Shown here in pieces: positions 57,045-64,000 of a stretch of DNA of 64,000 nucleotides (position 1 is the first letter of the stretch; each line of letters opens with the position of its first letter). This DNA comes from Phyllobates terribilis (lineage: Eukaryota). Position numbers and translations under genes: made by a program. A model generated the notes under the pieces. The model saw nothing but the letters and a program-made list of their open reading frames with translations, ran no database searches and had not been told where the DNA came from. The stretch lies in assembly GCF_046119375.1 (NCBI RefSeq), contig NW_027363019.1, positions 310,001 to 374,000 of the forward strand. Direction: 5' to 3'.

Positions 57045-58142
57045 TCATCACCCAGAATCCTCCAGTGCTGTCCTGTATAATGTCCCAGCAGTCACCTCTC
57101 CGCTCATCACCCAGAATCCTCCAGTGCTGTCCTGTATAATGTTCCAGCAGTCATCTCTCCAGTCATCATCCAGAATCCTCCAGTGCTGTCCTGTATAATG
57201 TCCCAGCAGTCACCTCTCCGCTCATCACCCAGAATCCTCCATGGCTGTCCTGTATAATGTCCCAGCAGTCACCTCTCCGCTCATCACCCAGAATCCTCCA
57301 GTGCCATCCTGTATAATGTCCCAGCAGTCACCTCTCCGGTCATCACCCAGAATCCTCCCGTGCTGTCCTGTATAATGTCCCAGCAGTCACCTCTCCGCTC
57401 ATCACCCAGAATCCTCCAGTGCTGTCCTGTATAATGTCCCAGCAGTCACCTCTCCAGTCATCATCCAGAATCCTCCAGTGCTGTCCTGTATAATGTCCCA
57501 GCAGTCACCTCTCCGCTCATCACCCAGAATCCTCCATGGCTGTCCTGTATAATGTCCCAGCAGTCACCTCTCCGCTCATCACCCAGAATCCTCCAGTGCC
57601 ATCCTGTATAATGTCCCAGCAGTCACCTCTCCGGTCATCACCCAGAATCCTCCAGTGCCGTCCTGTATAATGTCCCAGCAGTCACCTCTCCGCTCATCAC
57701 CCAGAATCCTCCAGTGCCGTCCTGTATAATGTCCCAGCAGTCACCTCTCCGCTCATCACCCAGAATCCTCCAGTGCTGTCCTGTATAATGTCCCAGCAGT
57801 CACCTCTCCGGTCAACCCCCAGAATCCTCCAGTGCTGTCCTGTATAATGTCCCAGCAGTCACCTCTCCGCTCATCACCCAGAATCCTCCAGTGCCGTCCA
57901 GTATAATGTCCCAGCAGTCACCTCTCCGGTCACCATCCAGAATCCTCCAGTGCTGTCCTGTATAATGTCCCAGCAGTCACCTCTCCGATCATCACCCAGA
58001 ATCCTCCAGTGCTGTCCTGTATAATGTCCCAGCAGTCACCTCTCCGGTCATCACCCAGAATCCTCCAGTGCCGTCCTGTATAATGTCCCAGCAGTCACCT
58101 CTCCGGTCATCACCCAGAATCCTCCAGTGCTGTTCTGTATAA
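57045..58142. repeat. Tandem array, 59-bp unit, ~18.5 copies, directly upstream of the KRAB-like exon
   Basis: Unit CCCAGAATCCTCCAGTGCTGTCCTGTATAATGTCCCAGCAGTCACCTCTCCGCTCATCA. Confidence 0.95.
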
Positions 58143-59630
58143 TGTGTCACCCTGGCCTGGATGCCACAAAATGTATTAAAGCTGTGTCTGAGAGCAAGGG
58201 GGAGGTTCTCTCGTCAGGGGAACATTAGCATGCAATGCCTCCTGTCTCAGGCCAGTAGGGGGAGCTGGCTGCCCCTATAAAAGCTGGTACTGGGGGCAGG
58301 GTTAGAGAGAACTGGATGACCTGTCTCAGCACTGAGACGTGTCCCAGAGTGGAGCAGGGACAGAAAGTTGATTGCACCTAAGAGGAAGTGTGGCAGGAGG
58401 AGAGCCACAAGCCAGAGACAAGAGGCGATGAGAGCCTGTCTTGGCAGAGAAAAGACTTAACTTTACCAGACTTTGGTGTCTGAGGCTGGGAGGATTCCAC
58501 ATTCTCCAGCAGATAACCAGTCTGCAAGGGACTGTACATTCCTTGGCCTAAGAAGCCTGGAGGCCCTGCCACAACCGAAGGGACCAGTAAAGCCGTACAA
58601 GGCTGGGAGCAGAAAGGAACCCACGTCGCAGGCCATACAGGCGAGAAAACACGGAAAGCTCGGAAACGTGGGCTGTTACCCTATAAGGAGGAGATAGCCA
58701 GAAGGAGCGCAGAAAGCACGGTAGGCCTACACCCTCACCCTGACCAGGGCCAATTTCCCCGTTGCTCTCAGACATCCAGGTCCCCTCCTAGCTGGGACTG
58801 TTTGTGGGTCAGTTTACCTGTTTAGTAAAGACCCTGGACTGCAACCTGTTGTCTGTGTGCTCCTTGCTCCTCCAGCACTACCGGCACTGGAACTCTCACT
58901 ACCATCACTCCCACCATCCACCACACTGCCCTGGGGCCGCACTCTTCCCGTGGGGAGTCACACCATCCCTAGCTGCACACCTCATCAGCCCCAGCTGTCT
59001 GCATGCAGCGGCGGTTCCTAATAACCGCAATCCACGGGTGGCGTAGTCGGACATTATCAATAGTGCATAGCAGACTACCACTGGCCTGACCACCCTGAGC
59101 CACGGAACCGGGTTGCCACAACTACCACCATCGTTTCCTATTGCCCGGATCCGAGTGCCCCACGGCCCAGGGGGCGAGTCAGCTTTGGCGTAGTCGGCAG
59201 GATTTCGTGCCCGCAACCACCGGGTACTGCGTGCCTGAAAAAGACTTTTGTAACTTACCTGTGGCGAAGTTTCCCGCCGTCCGGAGTCGTTTCCCGCCAT
59301 CCGGAGCCGATTCCCGCCATCAGACGCCATCTTGGACCGTTTCCCGCCATCTTCTGCCGTCTTCCCGCCATCCGCAGCTGCTTCCCGCCATCGGACGCCA
59401 TCTTCAGGACGCCGCGCGGGAAGAAGAGGGGCGTGGACATCAAAACCGCGCGAGATCCGAAGCTCCGCCCCACGCACCGACGCTGCGCAAGGTCCTGGAA
59501 GGGAGAGAGAGCGACGCTGACGTCATCAGGACGCGATGCCAGGTCCTCGTCCATAGCAGCAGCAGCGGAGCCGTGGCCTACAGAAGAGGATCGTCGGAAG
59601 GTAGGCCACGCTTAACTAGGGGGGAGGAAG

Positions 59631-60623
59631 ATGTCAGACACAGAGGCCCCCACTACCACCAACGCAGCTGCAGCAGCGGTGATGCCCTTTTCCCTGCCCT
59701 ACATCCCTGGAGCGGCCTGGCTGCCCAAATACTCAGGGGAGCCCCATGCCCTAACTGACTTCAAGGAAAGGCTATACAGTTTGTTCCACGTTTACCCCCT
59801 GACAGAGGAACAGAAGGTCAGCATATTAACAGGGCAGTTAACTGGCGCAGCCCAAAGGGAGGTAAAATCATGGCCCACTGAGGAGAAAAGGACTGTGAAG
59901 GGTATTCTGGCCCGGCTGCGGGGTACCTTTGACACACGTACCTCCGCTGAGATTAAAATGAGGTTCTATGGATGTAAGCAGCGGGCACAGGACAGCATCA
60001 GAGACTATGCCCTAAATCTGCAGGAAGCCTTGAGGGCTATTCAACAAACTGACCCTGGCAGTGTGCAGGAAACGGATAAGCTGCTAACAGAACAATTCAT
60101 AGAAGGACTGCTGTCTAGTGCCCACAGGGCCCAACTGCGCCTCATGTTCTTTCAGAACCCCGACCTGACCTTTGCCCAATTTAAGGACAGGGCCATAAGG
60201 GTGCTCCGTGAATCTGCAACCCGTGGCGCTATAAACCCCCGGCGCCCTGCTCTCACCTACCACCAGGAGGCGGCACCCTCCTCTATGGACCCCGTGGGGG
60301 CTGATGCACAGGCCCTGAACCAAGCCCTGTCGAAAGACCTGCACCACCAAGTCCAGGAGCTGACCAGGAGCGTCGCGGCGTTGACCAGGACCGTCCAGGC
60401 GTTGCAAGTGGACCCGTCAAGACCCATCGAGCTGGCTTCAAGTCCGGAGGATGTCCCGTGGCGTCGACAGAGGAGGATCCCGTCGTTCCGAGGGAGGCCC
60501 ACAGACCGCTACGCAGAGGATGGACAGCCCATTTGCCGTCGATGCAACCAGCCCGGACACATTTCCAGGTACTGTAATTTAAACGGGTCCAACCTGGGGC
60601 AGAGGGCCAACCCCCAGGCATAA
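59631..60623 (+). CDS. gag: Gypsy Gag, 330 aa
   Basis: Intact ORF with CRRCNQPGHISRYC knuckle. Confidence 0.9.
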   Translation: MSDTEAPTTTNAAAAAVMPFSLPYIPGAAWLPKYSGEPHALTDFKERLYSLFHVYPLTEEQKVSILTGQLTGAAQREVKSWPTEEKRTVKGILARLRGTFDTRTSAEIKMRFYGCKQRAQDSIRDYALNLQEALRAIQQTDPGSVQETDKLLTEQFIEGLLSSAHRAQLRLMFFQNPDLTFAQFKDRAIRVLRESATRGAINPRRPALTYHQEAAPSSMDPVGADAQALNQALSKDLHHQVQELTRSVAALTRTVQALQVDPSRPIELASSPEDVPWRRQRRIPSFRGRPTDRYAEDGQPICRRCNQPGHISRYCNLNGSNLGQRANPQA

Positions 60624-63600
60624 GATCACTAGGCCCTTATAATTGGCGTGATAAGTATGTTGGGGGGCGCCCGGTTTTACCCGTGGTGCTGGACGGTATC
60701 CCCATGAGCGCCTTGCTGGATACTGGGTCGCAAGTAACCACTATCCCTTATGTACTTTTTAAGCAGTATTGGACTGATGCTGATATCACACGGTATCCAG
60801 ACAGTAACTTGAGCATCATCGCCAGTAATGGCTTACCCGTGCCGCAGATGGGGTTCAAGGAGATGACCATTAAAATTGCTAAAGTTGAACTGCCAGCACA
60901 GGGAGTGATTATTGTGGACATTGACCGTTGTGAAAGTCACCCTAAAATAACTGTGGGTACTAATGTAATTGAAAATTGTCTTTCAGAGGTAATTGTAATT
61001 CTACAACAGGTGGCGGTGAATGCTAGTTCCAGCCAACAGAGAGTCCTCAACAAGGAGATAAAAGCCCTGATGAGACGGCAGCAGGTAGAACTGTCTGGTG
61101 GTGAGATCGGTAGCGTAAGACTGAGTGACCCATTCCCCATTTCCATGCCTCCCAAAAGTGAAATGATGATCTGGTGTCGGACTGCAATCGGGTTGAGAGG
61201 TAGAGACTACCAAGCAATGGTAGAACCCGTGTACTCAGACAGCAGGCCCACCATTTTGACAGCCCGGGGGGTGGTTGATGTCCGTCATGGGAGGGTGCCC
61301 GTTCGCATCCTCAACATTGGGGAGAGGGAAGTACACTTACCCAGGTACGCTACACTCGCCAAACTGTTTGTTGTCGAACACCAAGCTATCAGGGCCGTGG
61401 AAGCCTTGCCTCCATCTCCACAGGCGGAGGGTAATGGCTCCCAGAAACAAAAGGAGGACTGGTGCCAGAAACTCCATGTGGGTGCTGACTCCACTCCCCT
61501 GCACCAAAAACAAGGAGTCTACCGGGTGGTACAGGAGTACGAGAGAGTCTTTAGTAAGCACCTGCTAGACTTCGGCAGAGTAAAAGAGATAGAACACCAC
61601 ATCCCCACAGGGAGCCACCCACCAATAAAAGAGAGGCACAGACCTGTACCCCCTGCACATTATCAGAACGCAAAGGGCATGCTAAGAGAGATGAAAGAAG
61701 CTGGGGTTATTAGAGACAGCTGTAGCCCCTGGGCAGCCCCCTTGGTTCTGGTCAAAAAGAAATACGGCACCATGAGAATGTGCGTCGACTATAGACAAAT
61801 CAACCGTATCACCCACAAAGACGCATATCCGCTGCCTAGAATAGAGGAGTCTTTAGCCGCACTAAAATCAGCTAACTTCTTTTCTACTTTGGACCTTACT
61901 AGCGGGTACTGGCAGGTTCCTGTGGCAGAGGCTGACAAGGAGAAGACCGCCTTCACCACCCCGATGGGACTCAGTGAGTTCAACTGTATGCCCTTCGGAC
62001 TCTGCAACGCACCAGGGACCTTCCAGAGGCTGATGGAATGCTGTCTAGGGCACCGAAACTTCGAGACGGTCCTCCTTTACCTGGACGACGTGATCGTCTA
62101 TTCAAAGACCTACGAGGACCACCTAAAGCACCTGGCCGAGGTGTTCGAAGCCCTGGCAGGCTATGGCCTGAAGGTGAAACCATCGAAGTGTCACCTGCTG
62201 AAACCAAAGGTCCAGTACCTAGGGCACGTGGTAAGCGCGGAAGGAGTGGCCCCCGACCCTGACAAGGTCACGGCAATCAAGAGCTGGCCAAGCCCCTCGA
62301 ACATCAAAGGGGTGAGACAGTTTCTCGGGTTGGTAGGCTACTACCGAAGGTTCATCCCCGGGTTCACTAAGATGGCAGCTCCTATGCAGGACCTCCTGAT
62401 CGGACAGTCTAAGTCCAGGAGCCAAAAGCCGCCCTTCAAGTGGGATAAACCGGAAGAGGAGTCCTTCCGCCAGCTAAAGATGGCTCTCACAGGGGACGAG
62501 ATCCTGGCCTACCCTGATTATGGCCAGCCTTTCATTCTCCACACAGATGCCAGTAATGTGGGACTGGGAGCCGTACTGTCCCAAAACCAACGGGGCAGAG
62601 AACGGGTGATCGCGTACGCCTGCCGGAAGCTGAGACCCACTGAGAGGAACCCGGAGAATTACAGCTCCTTCAAGCTAGAATTCTTGGCAGTGGTGTGGAC
62701 CGTGACGGAACGCTTCAAGCATTACCTGGCCTCCGCAAAGTTCACCGTGTACACGGACAACAATCCGTTGACACACCTGGACAATGCAAGACTGGGTGCC
62801 CTGGAACAGCGGTGGATGGCCCGTCTCTCCAACTATGACTTCGTGATCAAGTACCGGGCAGGCAAAACCAATGCCAACGCAGACGCCCTGTCGAGGATGC
62901 CTCACTTACCTGAAGGTGACGAAGACCCAGAAGAGCTGGAGGAGGTAGAACTCCCCGCGTTTCACCGATATGGAGCCGCTCAACACTCTCACCGCGTGAA
63001 GGAGGAGGATCTAACAACTGTGATGATGAATCCCCTACCTCACCACAGCTGGGCCGAGACCCAAGATAGTGACCCTGCAGTCCGCCTGGTGAAAGATCTG
63101 CTGACCCGGGAAGACGCCCGCTTAGATCCAGATGCCCCAGAGGAAGTCAAGCAGCTATGGAAGGAGAAGAGCAAGCTGTTCCTCTACGAAGGCAAGTTGT
63201 GCAGAAGGATTGTCAACCACCGGACGCATGAGCTGACCTGGCAAGTCGTGGTCCCAAGGAGGGATGCAGCTATGGTCCTGGGGGCTTACCATGACAGAGC
63301 GGGACACTTCGGTTGGAAGAAACTGGAGTTCCTACTAAGAGGAAGATTCTTTTGGGTCGGCATGAGAGGAGCTGTAGAAAAATGGTGCAGAGACTGTGGC
63401 CCTTGTCACCTAAGGAGGAAGGACCGTGCCAGCCAGAAGACACCCTTGAGGCCCATCGTCACCACGCAGCCTCTTGAGCTGGTAGCTCTGGACCATGTCA
63501 AATTGGCTCCAAGCCGGTCCGGATACATCTACGCCCTGACAATCGTGGACCACTATTCCCGTTTTCTAGTGGTGGTCCCGGTAAAGGACTTGACAGCCCA

Positions 63601-64000
63601 AACAGAGGCCAGATCAGGGTCCAGCGTTCGAAGCTGAAATCTTCCAGGAGTTCTGCAACCTCTATGGCTGTAAGAAGATTCGTACAACGCCTTACCACCC
63701 CCAAACCAACGCGATGTGTGAGAAAATGAACAATATAGTCATTGATCTCCTGAAGACGTTGCCCCTGGAGGAACGCAGCCTGTGGCCAGAAAAACTGCCG
63801 GACCTGATAGACATGTACAACAATATCCCGGTGAATGCTACAAACTGCACCCCGGCTTACCTGATGCGAGCTAGACCAGGTAAGCTGCCCGTAGACCTGG
63901 AGATGGGAGTCCTAATACCTGAGGACACCGCCCCGGATGCGGACTGGGATACGGAAAGGCAACTGCAGTACAAGAAGGTACAGGAGAGTGTGGAGAAGAG
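60584..64000 (+). pseudogene. pol: Gypsy pol: PR, RT and RH open; integrase frameshifted by a ~50-nt deletion at ~63610
   Basis: 984-aa ORF ends ...TAQTEARSGSSVRS*; the IN core (AFEAEIFQEFC...YHPQTN) continues in another frame. Confidence 0.92.

Larger units (their letters stand above)
58143..64000 (+). mobile_element. Ty3/Gypsy element (copy G3), running off the window
   Basis: 5' LTR 58143-59181 (TGTGTCACCC...GGGGCGAGTCA), tRNA-Ser PBS at 59186-59204, gag and pol. Confidence 0.95.

Overview
Vertebrate genomic DNA, very probably an anuran (frog), inferred from the XlCOF/XlCGF-type zinc-finger exon layout and the transposon families present. The window is almost entirely nested transposable elements around one host gene. 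The host gene is a minus-strand KRAB-like C2H2 zinc-finger gene. Six coding exons with canonical splice sites join in frame (57026 to 38243, at least 797 aa, 19 fingers); its 5' exons should lie beyond the right edge. There are three related tRNA-Ser-primed Ty3/Gypsy elements (6719-14592 complete; 16445-~19350 truncated; 58143 to beyond 64000), all pol-defective, sharing a TTTAAAC -1 frameshift site. Two very young copies of a pol-less LTR element (21209-25857 minus; 43961-49136 plus) each carry an intact ORF: an LDOC1/RTL-like capsid N-domain followed by a 57-aa acidic repeat array. They show a Tf1/sushi-type self-priming signature instead of a tRNA PBS. This element is the most novel-looking system here. 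Also present: a decayed Neptune-type Penelope element, pLTR remnants with hammerhead-ribozyme motifs (one with an intact core), and Tc1, L2, DIRS, hAT, Kolobok/T2, piggyBac-like and pogo-like elements, solo LTRs and several minisatellites. All family assignments come from motif recognition by eye; no database searches were run.
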